DNA of 64,000 bases from Alphaproteobacteria bacterium (GCA_963422645.2 CAXXVO010000004.1:480001-544000), one strand, 5' to 3'. Shown: positions 1 to 10,503, counted from the first letter of the stretch. A program made the numbers and translations. The notes: a model not told the origin generated them from the sequence alone.

Positions 1-67
1 GTCAGCCGAACCGCTCCTGTTTCATGCCACGGGGTGGCTCAGAACCGCGGGGACCATGACTGTTTTG
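1..67 (-). mobile_element. Left (non-coding) end of a second IS110 copy inserted in urtB; rest lies before the window
   Basis: Positions 1-68 are identical to 7900-7967, the end of the IS110 at 6194-7966; the sequences diverge directly afterwards. Confidence 0.9.
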
Positions 68-916
68 TTGTTGGTCGCTCTCGGGCTCGCCATCACTTAC
101 GGCACCATGGGTGTCATCAATATGGCGCACGGCGAGCTCGTCATGATCGGCGCCTACGTCACCGTTCTCTGCCAAACTCATTTCGGCCTGCATTTTCTCC
201 TCTGCATCCCGGTCGCCTTCGTCGTCACCGGCGCGTTCGGGTACGCCATCGAGCGCTTCGTGGTGCGAAGACTCTACGGCCGCCTGCTGGATACGCTGCT
301 CGCGACATGGGGGCTTGCGATCATCATCCAGCAAGCCATCCGCCTCGAATTCGGCGCCGCCTTCGCGGGATTGCACATCGATGGTCTGGGGCCGGGTCTG
401 CAAAACGTCCCGGTCCCCTCGTTCTTCCGGGAAACCTTCCTGGTCGGCGACTTCGTGGTGCAGCCCTACCGGTCCTTTATCATCGTCCTCACGATCGGGC
501 TCTTCGTTCTGACCTGGTGGCTGATCTTCCACACCTCATTCGGAATGCAGTTGCGCGCGGTGTCGCGCAATCGCGGCATCGCGTCCTGCTGCGGCATCGA
601 CGACAAGAAGATCAACGCGTGGACCTTCGCCTACGGCTCCGCGCTGGCCGGCGCAGCCGGCGTGATGCTGGCCGGCTTCAAGACCGTCTCGCCCAGCATG
701 GGAACGCCCTTCGTGATTGACGGCTTCCTGGTCGTGGTCATGGGCGGTGTCGGCAGCCTCTTCGGCACGCTCGGCTCGGCCATTATCCTGGGCGAGGTCC
801 AGGGATGGGTGGCAAGCCTGCTGAATGACGTGCTCGCCAGGGCAATCGTGTTCGGCGTCATCATCGTTGTCATCATCCTGCGGCCCCAGGGCTTGTTCTC
901 CCGCCGGGGGCGCTGA
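56..916 (+). pseudogene. urtB: Urea/amide ABC permease UrtB, 5' end interrupted by IS110
   Basis: LLLVALGLAITYGTMGVINMAHGE and RPQGLF motifs; the ATG at 56 lies inside the IS110 end. Confidence 0.85.
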
Positions 917-1216
917 CGATGCAGCTCTTGACCCGGAGCAACCTGCAGCTCGCCGCGTACGGGTTGTTCATCGTCGTCGTCATGCTCCTCCCGCTCGTCA
1001 TGGACGTTTTCTGGCTCAACCGGATTTCCAAGTACCTGGTGTTCGGCATGCTCGGCATCGCCATCAGCATGTCCTGGGGCTACGCCGGAATCCTCAATCT
1101 GGGCCAGGGCCTCTTCTTCGGCTTCGGCGCCTACATGCTGGCGATGTCGTTGAAGCTGGCGAGCCCGACGAGCCTGCAACAGGGATCGGCGGACGAGCCG
1201 GTGCCCGACTTCATGC

Positions 1217-3575
1217 TCAGACTTCCTGACCTCTGCTGATTTTAGGTGACACGAGCCGCGCGGATTCCGAGGCCCCGTCGATGTCGTAGACTATGCGCAG
1301 ACGGGTGCCGGGGAAGACCGTTTCGGTGGCGTTCAGGTCGCTCAGAACCGCATCGATCCAACGGTCGCAGGCGTCGTTTGCGAGGCCAAGAATGTGGACC
1401 CGCAGGAGGCCATTGCCAGGATCCGGCAGGATGTCGGCATCGGCGGTGAGCAGCGCTTGAAGCAGTTTCCGGGGATGGGGCTTGTGGCCCTGCGCCTGCA
1501 TGACGGGAAGCATCATGCGGGTTTCGGCGCGGTAGGCGATCATCCGGATGACGTCGAGGAGGAGGCGCTCGCGCGCGGGCAAGGCATCGAGCTGCTCGGC
1601 TTCGTCGAGGTCGCCGGCCCGGCAGTGCTTGGGCGTCTCCCTGCGGCTGGCCCTGACGATGTCGCGGACATCCTGGAGGTCCCTGACTTCCCTCCTGAGT
1701 TCCGCCGTCGGCTGCTTCTTCCGGGCCGTGTCGGCGATGCGGTTGCGCAGGCGGCCAAGCTGGCGGTCGAGGCGATGGATTGCCTTGTCATAGGCCCGCC
1801 GCAGCGGGTTGACGACCATGGCGGCGGGATCGAGAGGCTCGAGCTCGTGGGTCGGCAGGGCGTCGAGATTGAACTCGTCACGCATGTACTTGAAGAAGTT
1901 CTCCTGCGACCAGCGCGAGAACATGGCGCCCGCAACCTCAGCCATCGGCTTGTGCGGATCGGTGGTGATCAGCGGCACCTGACGGCCGTTGTCGAGCAGG
2001 CGGCGGATCTGGCGCACCCTGAAGCCGTTCGGCAACGTCACCGGCTTCTCAGCCAGCCGCATGGTGGCGCTGCCGTCCGCCGCCGGTCCGTGAATGGGAA
2101 CGGTCATCGCGCCGAAGTCCTCGGCCGGCCAGTCCTCGCCCCTGAAGTTCTTGTGCCAGGTCAGGCAGGCGACGCCGCGCCTCGCCAGCCGGCGGAACAG
2201 ATCCGGGCTCCAGCCCTCGCGGTCGAAGACCAGGGTGAGCGCCGGCTGGCCGGGATGCTCGGCGGTCAGGTCCGGCGCCCCGGCGCCAACGATCCCAAGC
2301 TCCTGCAGCGCCGGCACCACGTCGGCTTCGATGGCCGCGACCATCTTCGGGTCCAGCGGCTTGTGCAGACAGAGCAGCGGCTTGCCGCCCAGAGCGTTGA
2401 TCCAGTAGCTGGCGCTCGCCGGCAGGCACAGCTTCTCGCGCGAGACGAAGTGCTTGGGCAAGCGCCCCTTGCGGCCGGAGTAGACCTTGACGTGCCCGTC
2501 GATGGCCAGCGTCGCCCAGAGCTCCGGCTCGTCGGCCTTGCCAGCGCCTGGCAAGGGCGAGCTGCCACGCCCGCACGCCGGCCTCGTCGTCGGCGATGAG
2601 AGCGATCTTGCGGCGCAGCGTCTTGACCTCGGGGCAGCGATCGAGGCCGAGAATGGCGCCCCATTCGCCCGGCGCCTGGTAGCGCAGGCTCTCGGGGTTG
2701 CGCACCCGCGCCAAGGTCATGAAGGCCAGGAAGAGCAGGATCGTAGGCAAGCCGTAATAGCCCTTCGGCAGCAATGGCAGGAGACCGGTCTCGGAGAGAA
2801 GACCTTCCTTCAGCAGGGCCGGCAGGGCGGCGAGCACGCCGCCGAAGCGGACACCGCGGGCGGCGGCGGCGAACTGCGGTTCGACCGGCCCCGCCTGTCC
2901 ACAACTGGCCAGAACCCGAGCCGGAACATCGCAAGTCGCACGCCCCATCGGCGCCTGCCGGTCCCGCCGATCGCGCGCGCTGCGATCCGTTTGCGGCTGC
3001 GCTTCCAGCCCCGGCGCCGTCTCCGGCCCCGGGGCACCGGTACTCTCTTCATCGACACGGCCTTCAGGAGCCGCACCCGCGTCAGGCGGCGCAGCCAGCG
3101 CTGAGCGTCCGGGCTCCCCATCCGCCTCCGTGTTGCCGATCAGTCCCTGACGGCGCCACTTGTTGACCGATGGCGCTGACACGCCGAGAACCCGGGCCGC
3201 CGCAGAGCCGCTCAGGCCCGATGCCAGCAACGCCGTCGCCTTCTCCGCCAACTCCGGAGTGAACACCGACGGCCCGCGACCGCGCCGGGGCTTCATGAAC
3301 CCCGCTTCGCCCTCGGCCAGGTAGCGCCGTCGTGCGCGCTGCACCGTCGCGCGCGAGACAGCGAAAGCGTCAGCCAGTTCCTGCGGCGAGACCGCGCTGA
3401 TCGCCGCGAGGCGGCCGATCCGCAAGAGCATGGCCGTGCGGTCATCGGCGGCGTGGCTGTCAAAGGGAATGAGGTTGGAAAAGTAGGTGAAGGTGTCGTC
3501 CGAGATCAGGACGGCGAAGCAGCTGTTGCCGATCGAGACCGCCTCTGGAGGGCACATTGGGAGGGTACTGGGCAT
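1217..3575 (-). CDS. IS-X transposase in two overlapping frames (frameshift near 2540-2550); N-terminal HTHs, C-terminal DDE domain
   Basis: ORF 2049..3575 has HTH-like segments (ELADAFAVSRATVQR; AARVLGVSAPSV); ORF 1217..2554 has IDGH, VFDREG and RWSQENFFK motifs. Confidence 0.8.
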
Positions 3576-3729
3576 GGTTGAGACCGTGCAATTGGTATCA
3601 AATTATACTATCAGACCTCGGGCGCGACACCCAGCGAAAAACCGCCTGAAACAACCGAAATGTATCAGAATTCAAGGAGTTCCCGGCACGCTGCCCAGAA
3701 CAGCCAGCATCACGAGGTCAGGAAGTCTG
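1218..3729 (-). mobile_element. Unclassified 2512-bp IS (IS-X, copy 1) with large DDE transposase
   Basis: Perfect 16-bp terminal IR CAGACTTCCTGACCTC / GAGGTCAGGAAGTCTG; direct repeat ATGCT at 1213-1217 and 3730-3734; second copy at 52312-56988. Confidence 0.93.
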
Positions 3730-4633
3730 ATGCTGTGGACGTCGGAGCCGGGCGCGCCGATCGACCTCTGCTGCATCAACCAGGGTTCCTTCCTCTGGAT
3801 ACCCTTCAAAGAGCAGTGGTTCGGCGTGGCCATGGGTCTGGTCATGCCGACGCTCATTGCGTTCGTGATCGGCTACGCGATGTTCCGCGCCCGTATTTCG
3901 GGCGTTTATGTCGCGATCCTGACGCTTGCCTTGTGCCTGCTGGTGCGCCTCCTGGTGATCGACGCGCAGCCACTGATCAACGGCTTCAACGGACTGACCG
4001 ATCTCGGCTGGTTCACGGTCGGCGGCCTCGAGTTCGATCCCTACCTGGTGGAGACCTATTATCTCATCGCGATCATCACCTGCCTGGTGCTGATCGGCGC
4101 ACGCTGGCTGGTCAACACCAAGGTTGGCGTGGTGCTGCAAGCCATCCGCGACAATGAAGAGCGCGTGCGCTATCTCGGTTACGACGTCGCGATCTACAAG
4201 GTGTTCTTCTTCTGCATCTCTGCGGCGATCGCGGGCTTGGCGGGCATGCTTTATGTGATCGCGGCCGAGTTTGCCTCGCCCACCTACATGAATATCGGCT
4301 TCAGTATTTCGATGGTGGTGTGGGCGGCCGTCGGCGGCCGTTGGTCGCTCTTGGGTGCCTGCCTCGGCGCGATCATGTTGAACGTGGTCGAAGCCACGGT
4401 CAGCGAAACGGCAATGCTGGTGGAGGCCTGGCAGCTCATCATCGGCGCGATCTTCCTGTTCGTCGTTCTGGTGATGCCGCGCGGGCTCGCGGGCGTCGTC
4501 CAAGCAGCGGCGGATCTGGCGCTGGAATGGCTCCACAAGAGAGTTAAGCAACGGCGTGTCAGGTAAGGCGATGGGGTGTGAGGCGAAGGGCCTTGCCTGA
4601 AGATTCGAATGTCGAAGAGGCAATCGGCTTGGC

Positions 4634-5389
4634 ATGACAGCGATCTTGGAAATTGAGAACCTGGAGGTGAACTTCCGCGGCTTTCGTGCGGTGGATGGCT
4701 TCGACATGACCGTGGAAGAAGGGGAGCTGCGGGTCCTGATCGGGGCCAACGGCGCCGGCAAGACGACGCTCATGGACCTCATCACCGGCCGCACCAAGTC
4801 GACCGGGGGGAAGGTGACCTTCTTGGGCGACAACATTACCAATGGGCAGGAACACAAGATTGCGCGGCGAGGGATCGGCCGGAAATTCCAGGTGCCGAGC
4901 ATCTTCAAGGACCTGACGGTGCGCGAAAACTTCGAGGTGGCCCATACCCGCAGCCTGTCGGTATGGCGGAATCTCGCGGTGAGCGCGAAGCCGCGCCAGC
5001 GCAACCTTCAGGTCGAGCGCGCGATGGAGCTCACCAGCCTTGCCGATGAAAGCGCGACGATGGCGGGCAGCCTGTCGCACGGGCAATCCCAATGGCTGGA
5101 ACTCGGCATGGTGCTGGTGCAGTCGCCGAGGCTCGTGCTGCTGGACGAGCCGACGGCGGGCATGACGGCCCTTGAGACGGAAAAAACCTCTGAGATCATC
5201 AACGGCCTCAAGACCGAACATTCCATCATCGTCGTCGAGCACGACATGACCTTCGTGCGTTCAATTTGCGAGATCATTACCGTCATGCACTTGGGAAAGA
5301 AGCTCGCGGAGGGGACGGTCGAGCAAATCGAAAACGACAAGACAGTGATCGATGCTTATCTAGGCAGCGGTGGAATCACCCATGCTTGA
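4634..5389 (+). CDS. urtD: Urea/amide ABC ATPase UrtD
   Basis: GANGAGKT, GIGRKFQ, LSHGQSQWLE, LLDEP. Confidence 0.92.
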   Translation: MTAILEIENLEVNFRGFRAVDGFDMTVEEGELRVLIGANGAGKTTLMDLITGRTKSTGGKVTFLGDNITNGQEHKIARRGIGRKFQVPSIFKDLTVRENFEVAHTRSLSVWRNLAVSAKPRQRNLQVERAMELTSLADESATMAGSLSHGQSQWLELGMVLVQSPRLVLLDEPTAGMTALETEKTSEIINGLKTEHSIIVVEHDMTFVRSICEIITVMHLGKKLAEGTVEQIENDKTVIDAYLGSGGITHA

Positions 5390-6077
5390 ACTTTCGCAAG
5401 TGGATGCCTACTACGGCGCGAGCCACGTCTTGCGTGAGATCGACTTGTCGGTTCAGAGCGGCGAAATCGTCAGCATTTTGGGGCGCAACGGCGTCGGCAA
5501 GACAACGCTGCTCAAGAGCATTCTGGGGCTGGAGGTTCGCACGCGCGGTGCCATCACGTTGGACGGCAAGGATATCACCACGAGGCCGACCTATCTTCGC
5601 GCCCGCGACGGAATCGGTTACGTGCCCCAGGGACGGGAGCTGATTCCCGATTTCTCGATCCGCGACAATATCCTGATGGGATGTTACGGGCGGGCCGACC
5701 GCAGGCGGCTGGTGCCCGACCTCGTAAGGGACTTGTTCCCTTACCTGCGCGACAACCTGGGCCGCAGGGCCGGACTGTTGTCGGGCGGCCAGCAGCAGCA
5801 GTTGGCGATCGCGCGGGCGCTGGCGTCCGAGCCCCGCATCCTGCTGCTCGATGAGCCCACGGAGGGCATCCAGCCCAACATCGTCGAGCAGATCGAAGAC
5901 ACGATTCAGCGGCTCAACAAAGAGATCGGCCTGACGATCGTGCTGGTCGAGCAAAACGTGAAATTTGCGCGGGCGGCGTCCCAACACTTCTGCATTATCG
6001 AGAAAGGCGAGACCGCGGCGAGCGGAACGATCGACGCGCTGACAGACGAAATCGTGCGCAGGCACATGACAGTTTAG
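5382..6077 (+). CDS. urtE: Urea/amide ABC ATPase UrtE
   Basis: GRNGVGKT, YVPQGRE, LSGGQQQQLAIARAL, DEPTEGIQP. Confidence 0.92.
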   Translation: MLELSQVDAYYGASHVLREIDLSVQSGEIVSILGRNGVGKTTLLKSILGLEVRTRGAITLDGKDITTRPTYLRARDGIGYVPQGRELIPDFSIRDNILMGCYGRADRRRLVPDLVRDLFPYLRDNLGRRAGLLSGGQQQQLAIARALASEPRILLLDEPTEGIQPNIVEQIEDTIQRLNKEIGLTIVLVEQNVKFARAASQHFCIIEKGETAASGTIDALTDEIVRRHMTV

Positions 6078-6358
6078 CGACGAACCGGACGCCGCTCACC
6101 CATCTCTTTGAGGGTGCCTCAGCGGCACGTGCCCGGCGTCTTTGCGCACCTTTCCACTAGAGCGTATCCGCTTTACGCGGAAACGCTCTAGCGTTTGCCG
6201 TGAAACAGATTCTGGCGAGGGACGCGCGGTGACGCTCCAACCCCGAGGTCACGGCGTTGGCTGAGACCGCCAGGGTCGGCGCGGCGGAGACGAGCGGTGG
6301 ACTTCCCCGATGTGGTCCGAAGCGGTCCCGCGTAGCCGGCTGACGAGATGCGGGCCGC

Positions 6359-7609
6359 TCAGGCGGCCTTGAGTTCCGCGCCTACGGGCTCGATGTAGCC
6401 GTAGCGGCGGAGCATGCGGATCCACCGAGGAGCGTTGCGCTTGACCATCAGAGCGTCGTAGTCGGCCGTGCGGTCGTAGTAGGGCCTGCCGGTCTTGAGC
6501 ACCACATAGATGATGCGCAGCATCTTGTGAGCGCCGGCGACGATGGCGCGCTTGTAGCCGCGCCGGGCGGCGAGGGCGCGGTGATGAGCCTCGAACTGGC
6601 ACCCCTTGGTTCGGGCCGCGCCGTGGGCACACTCGACGAGGCAGGCGCGCAGGGTCTTGGAGCCCATGCGGGTGCGTGCGTTGCGGCGCTTGCCCCCGCT
6701 CTCGTTGTTGCCGGGGCAGAGCCCGGCCCAGGCGGCGAAGTGCTCCTTGGAGGCGAACACGCCGATGTCGGGGCCGATCTCGATGAGGATGGTCGAGGCG
6801 GCGGTGCGGTCGATGCCGGGGATGGTGGTCAGCAGACGGAGCTGCTCCTCCCACGGTGTCATCTGCCCGTCGATCTTCCTGGTGTAGGACGCGATGCGCG
6901 CCTCAAGCGCGTCATGCTCCTCCAGCAGGTCGTTGAGCATGAAGCGGTCGTTGTCGCCCAGGCTCAGGGTGAGCGCCTCGCCGAGCCCCTCCAGCTTGTT
7001 CGCAACGTGGCTGGTGAGCGAGGCGAGGATGACCTCGCGCGCCGTCCCCTGCGCCAGGCCGTCGAGGATCTTCCGGCCGTTGACGCCGAAGACGTCGGAG
7101 AGGATGCCGCCGATGCGCGCACCGGCGCGGTCGATGATCTTCTGCACGCGGTTGCGCACGGCGGAGCGCTGCCTGACCAGGACGCGGCGCTGGCGGCTCA
7201 GTGCGCGCAGCTCCCGGAACGGCTCAGGCGGAACGTGGGAAGGCGTGCAGAGCCCGAACTGGCACACGCAGGCCAGCCACACGCTGTCCGCCACGTCGGT
7301 CTTGCGCCCCTTCAACTGCTTCACCTGACGCGCATGCACCAGGATCGCCTCGAGCCCGGCCGCCTCCAGGGCCGCGAAGGGCGCCTGCCAGTAGACCCCG
7401 GTCCCTTCCATCACCGCAGCCTCGACGCCGTGACCGGTCAGCCACGCGACCATCTCCTCCAGACCGCTCGGCAGCGTGCCGAAGCAGCGCGTCTCCACCA
7501 CCGGCTCACCCTCGCCCTCACAGAGGCGAACCGTCGCGGTGATCTCCATCTTGTGCACGTCCAGACCCGCCGCGCGCGGCCGGACGACGTGCAAGCCTTC
7601 CGTCTTCAT
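6359..7609 (-). CDS. IS110 transposase/recombinase
   Basis: GLDVHK, MEGTGVYW, KTDVAD, TIPGID, GLCPGNNESGGK motifs; GGAGG SD before the ATG at 7609. Confidence 0.95.
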   Translation of the reverse strand: MKTEGLHVVRPRAAGLDVHKMEITATVRLCEGEGEPVVETRCFGTLPSGLEEMVAWLTGHGVEAAVMEGTGVYWQAPFAALEAAGLEAILVHARQVKQLKGRKTDVADSVWLACVCQFGLCTPSHVPPEPFRELRALSRQRRVLVRQRSAVRNRVQKIIDRAGARIGGILSDVFGVNGRKILDGLAQGTAREVILASLTSHVANKLEGLGEALTLSLGDNDRFMLNDLLEEHDALEARIASYTRKIDGQMTPWEEQLRLLTTIPGIDRTAASTILIEIGPDIGVFASKEHFAAWAGLCPGNNESGGKRRNARTRMGSKTLRACLVECAHGAARTKGCQFEAHHRALAARRGYKRAIVAGAHKMLRIIYVVLKTGRPYYDRTADYDALMVKRNAPRWIRMLRRYGYIEPVGAELKAA

Positions 7610-7699
7610 CGCCTTCCTCCTCATTTGCGCTCTCGCCACGGCGGCGTACGATCACGCCGTGGCATCGCCACGGTGGAGGCGGGGACAGCGGTCGGAAGA

Positions 7700-7960
7700 A
7701 CACGCATCCGACGAGCGGGTGCGGTGCAATTTGCCGCGCGTCCACGGCCACGGGCCGGGTACAATACGGGGTGCGGAGCCGGCCGCCGGAAGCAGTTTTG
7801 TCATCGGGAACTACGTCACCGATATAACGACGCTCACACGTCCCCACCTCCGCCAATACCCATCCTGACACGGCAAATGGGTGCAAGCGCAAGGAAAACG
7901 TCAGCCGAACCGCTCCTGTTTCATGCCACGGGGTGGCTCAGAACCGCGGGGACCATGACT
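7700..7960 (-). ncRNA. Candidate bridge RNA in the IS110 left end
   Basis: ~350-bp non-coding end upstream of the CDS with segments matching the target junction (TTTGTC 7797-7802) and donor junction (TTTGCCG 7730-7736), each beside a hairpin. Confidence 0.6.
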
Positions 7961-8200
7961 GTTTTGTCGCTCACGGCAGTCGGCCTGCGGCCGGCGCCTC
8001 CGCGAGGGCGCCGCTAACGCGGCGGGCCGCGGTCGCGGCCTGTCGCGCGTCCGTCAAAGACGGACACGCTCTAGAACGCGCGGCGCAATTCCGCCACCAC
8101 CCTTCGATTGCAGCCGTGGCACGCTTGGCCCGCGTTTGGTTTCCGATCTGGGGCGCGGTATAAACGCGCGCAGGAACCGGATGGCTAGGGAGGTCATGCC

Positions 8201-9241
8201 ATGAGACACGGCGATATCGTCAGCAGCCCGGATACCGTGGGATGCGCGGTCTTTCAGTACAAGATGCCGCGCCTGCACACGCGCCAGGAGGTGATCGACA
8301 ACTGCAAGAAGATCGGCGACATGATCGTCGGCGCGAAGGTCGGGCTGCCGGGGATGGATCTCGCGATCTTCCCGGAATACAGCACGCACGGGATCATGTA
8401 CGACCGCCAGGAGATGTTCGACACGGCGTCCGAGATCCCGGGGCCTGAGACCGACATCTTCGCCGAGGCCTGCCGCGAGGCGAACACCTGGGGCGTTTTC
8501 TCGCTCACCGGCGAGAGGCACCCGGATCACCCCAACAAGAACCCCTACAACACCCTCATCCTGATGAACAACGAGGGCGATATCGTTCAGAAGTACCGGA
8601 AGATCCTGCCCTGGTGTCCGATTGAGGGCTGGTATCCCGGCAACAACACCTATGTGAGCACCGGGCCCAAGGGGATGAAGATCAGCCTCATCATCTGCGA
8701 TGACGGCAACTATCCCGAGATCTGGCGCGACTGCGCGGTCAAGGGTGCCGAGCTGATCGTCCGCTGCCAGGGCTACATGTACCCGGCGAAGGACCAGCAG
8801 ATCATGATGGCGAAGGCCATGGCCTGGTCCAACTGCTGTTATGTGGCGGTGGCCAACGCCGCCGGTAACGACGGGGTCTACACCTATTTCGGCCACTCGG
8901 CGATCGTCGGCTTCGACGGCCGCACCCTCGGCGAGTGCGGCGAGGAGGAGTACGGCATCCAGTACGCGCAGCTCTCCGTCTCGCAGATCCGCGATTCCCG
9001 CGCCAACGATCAGGCGCAGAACCACCTCTTCAAGCTGATGCACCGGGGCTACACGGGCGTCTATGCCTCGGGCGACGGCGACAAGGGCGTGGCCGAGTGC
9101 CCCTTCGACTTCTACCGCACCTGGGTCGAGGACCCGCGCCGGGCGCAGCAGATGGTCGAGGCAATCACCCGCGACTCCATCGGTGTCACGGGCTGCCCCG
9201 TCGACGGTATTCCCCAGCCGCAGAAGATGGCGGCGGAGTAG
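8201..9241 (+). CDS. amiE: Aliphatic amidase (nitrilase superfamily)
   Basis: MRHGDI N-terminus; FPEYS, KYRK and [15 protein letters not shown] give the E-K-C triad. Confidence 0.95.
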   Translation: MRHGDIVSSPDTVGCAVFQYKMPRLHTRQEVIDNCKKIGDMIVGAKVGLPGMDLAIFPEYSTHGIMYDRQEMFDTASEIPGPETDIFAEACREANTWGVFSLTGERHPDHPNKNPYNTLILMNNEGDIVQKYRKILPWCPIEGWYPGNNTYVSTGPKGMKISLIICDDGNYPEIWRDCAVKGAELIVRCQGYMYPAKDQQIMMAKAMAWSNCCYVAVANAAGNDGVYTYFGHSAIVGFDGRTLGECGEEEYGIQYAQLSVSQIRDSRANDQAQNHLFKLMHRGYTGVYASGDGDKGVAECPFDFYRTWVEDPRRAQQMVEAITRDSIGVTGCPVDGIPQPQKMAAE

Positions 9242-9282
9242 GGGAGCGAGCCCCGCTTCAGGCTCTCTGAAGCACTTCAGGA

Positions 9283-9318
9283 CCCCGGCGCCCAGGACTG
9301 CGGGCGCCGGGGTTTGTC
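9283..9318 (+). terminator. GC stem-loop / probable intrinsic terminator after amiE
   Basis: CCCCGGCGCCC...GGGCGCCGGGG followed by TTTGT. Confidence 0.6.
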
Positions 9319-9387
9319 GTTCCAGTGGGCCGGGAGAAGGACCTGCGTTCCAAGCGGGTCGATGGCAACACCGCCTTGGGCTGAATC

Positions 9388-10419
9388 ATGCAATCGCGGC
9401 GCCTGGTACAGATCGTCGGCTGCCATGCGGAAGGCGAGGTGGGCGATGTCATCGTCGGCGGGGTCGCGCCTCCGCCCGGCGACACGCTCTGGGAGCAATC
9501 CCGCTTCATTGCCCGCGATCAGTCGCTCCGCCGCTTCGTATTGAACGAGCCCCGCGGCGGGGTCTTCCGCCACGTCAACTTGCTGGTGCCGCCCAAGGAC
9601 CCTCGGGCCGACATGGGCTTCATCATCATGGAGCCCGAGGACACCCCGCCCATGTCGGGCTCGAATAGCCTTTGCGTGGCCACCGTGCTGCTGGAGACCG
9701 GCATCCTGCCCATGGCCGAGCCCGAGACGGTGATGACCCTCGAAGCCCCCGGCGGTCTCATCCGGGTGCACGCCACCTGCAGCGAGGGGAGGGTCGACTC
9801 CGTCCGCGTCCACAACGTGGCGTCCTTTGCCGCGCGGCTCGGGGCGAGCCTAGAGGTGGAGGGGCTCGGCACGCTCGCCGCCGACACCGCCTACGGCGGC
9901 GACAGCTTCGTGCTGGTGGACTCCGAGGCGCTCGGCTTCGCGCTCAGCCCCGACGAGGCGCGGGACATTGTCGAGACGGGCATCCGGATTACCCGTGCCG
10001 CCAACGAGCAGCTCGGCTTCACCCATCCCGAAAATCCCGACTGGCGCCATATTTCGTTCTGCCAGATCGCCGCGCCGATCCGGGACATCGATGGCGTGGC
10101 GACCGGTCGCAACGCGGTGGTGATCCGCCCGGGCAAGATCGACCGCAGCCCGACGGGCACCGGCTGCTCTGCGCGCATGGCGGTGCTGCACGCGCGGGGC
10201 GAACTCGGGGTCGGCGAGCGTTTTCGGGGCGTATCGATCATCGATTCCGTCTTCGACTGCCGCATCGAGGGGGAAACGACGTTGGGCAGGCGCCCGGCGA
10301 TCCTCCCCTCGGTCTCCGGCCGCGCCTGGCTGACCGGGACGACCCAGCTTCATCTCGACCCGCAAGACCCCTGGCCGGAGGGCTACCGGCTCAGCGACAC
10401 CTGGCGGCCGGGAGCGTAG
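9388..10419 (+). CDS. Proline racemase family protein, Ser/Thr type (probable trans-3-hydroxy-L-proline dehydratase)
   Basis: HAEGE, EPRG, MSGSN and DRSPTGTG motifs (Ser and Thr replace the two catalytic Cys). Confidence 0.82.
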   Translation: MQSRRLVQIVGCHAEGEVGDVIVGGVAPPPGDTLWEQSRFIARDQSLRRFVLNEPRGGVFRHVNLLVPPKDPRADMGFIIMEPEDTPPMSGSNSLCVATVLLETGILPMAEPETVMTLEAPGGLIRVHATCSEGRVDSVRVHNVASFAARLGASLEVEGLGTLAADTAYGGDSFVLVDSEALGFALSPDEARDIVETGIRITRAANEQLGFTHPENPDWRHISFCQIAAPIRDIDGVATGRNAVVIRPGKIDRSPTGTGCSARMAVLHARGELGVGERFRGVSIIDSVFDCRIEGETTLGRRPAILPSVSGRAWLTGTTQLHLDPQDPWPEGYRLSDTWRPGA

Positions 10420-10503
10420 AAGGGGGGGGCTCGGCCCGCACTGCGTGCGAGGCAGCGACCCAACGCCGAGCGGGTATGACCCCCCGTTCGCTCGAACGGT
10501 GCC

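Larger units (their letters stand above)
919..4566 (+). pseudogene. urtC: Urea/amide ABC permease UrtC split by an IS (919-1217 + 3735-4566)
   Basis: Removing 1218-3734 restores the frame ...VPDFMLWTSEP...; WGYAGILNLGQGLFFG and AIRDNEERVRYLGY motifs. Confidence 0.9.
6194..7966 (-). mobile_element. IS110-family element
   Basis: DEDD recombinase; TTTG core at both junctions (6194-6197, 7963-7966); short sub-terminal IR TGAAACAG (6201-6208) / CTGTTTCA (7916-7923); one end duplicated at 1-67. Confidence 0.88.
6157..8074. repeat. CTAG-bounded palindromic MITE/RIME-like element (~150 bp when empty), interrupted by IS110
   Basis: Left CTAGAGCGTATCCG...CGGAAACGCTCTAG (6157-6191); right end CGGACACGCTCTAG (8061-8074) is a 13/14 inverted match to the left end. 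Confidence 0.65.

Noticed and set aside
3487-3734. N-terminal extension of ORF 3487..4566 (and 56845..57261) as real genes
   Set aside because: These are IS-X end sequences read in frame into the broken urtC and tnpC halves
7869-7877. CACGGCAAA, inverse match to the IS110 right end (6194-6202)
   Set aside because: A 9-bp match outside the loop architecture; could be chance and was not used as evidence
8117-8135. TGGCACG as a sigma54 promoter for amiE
   Set aside because: No GC at the -12 position with GG-N10-GC spacing
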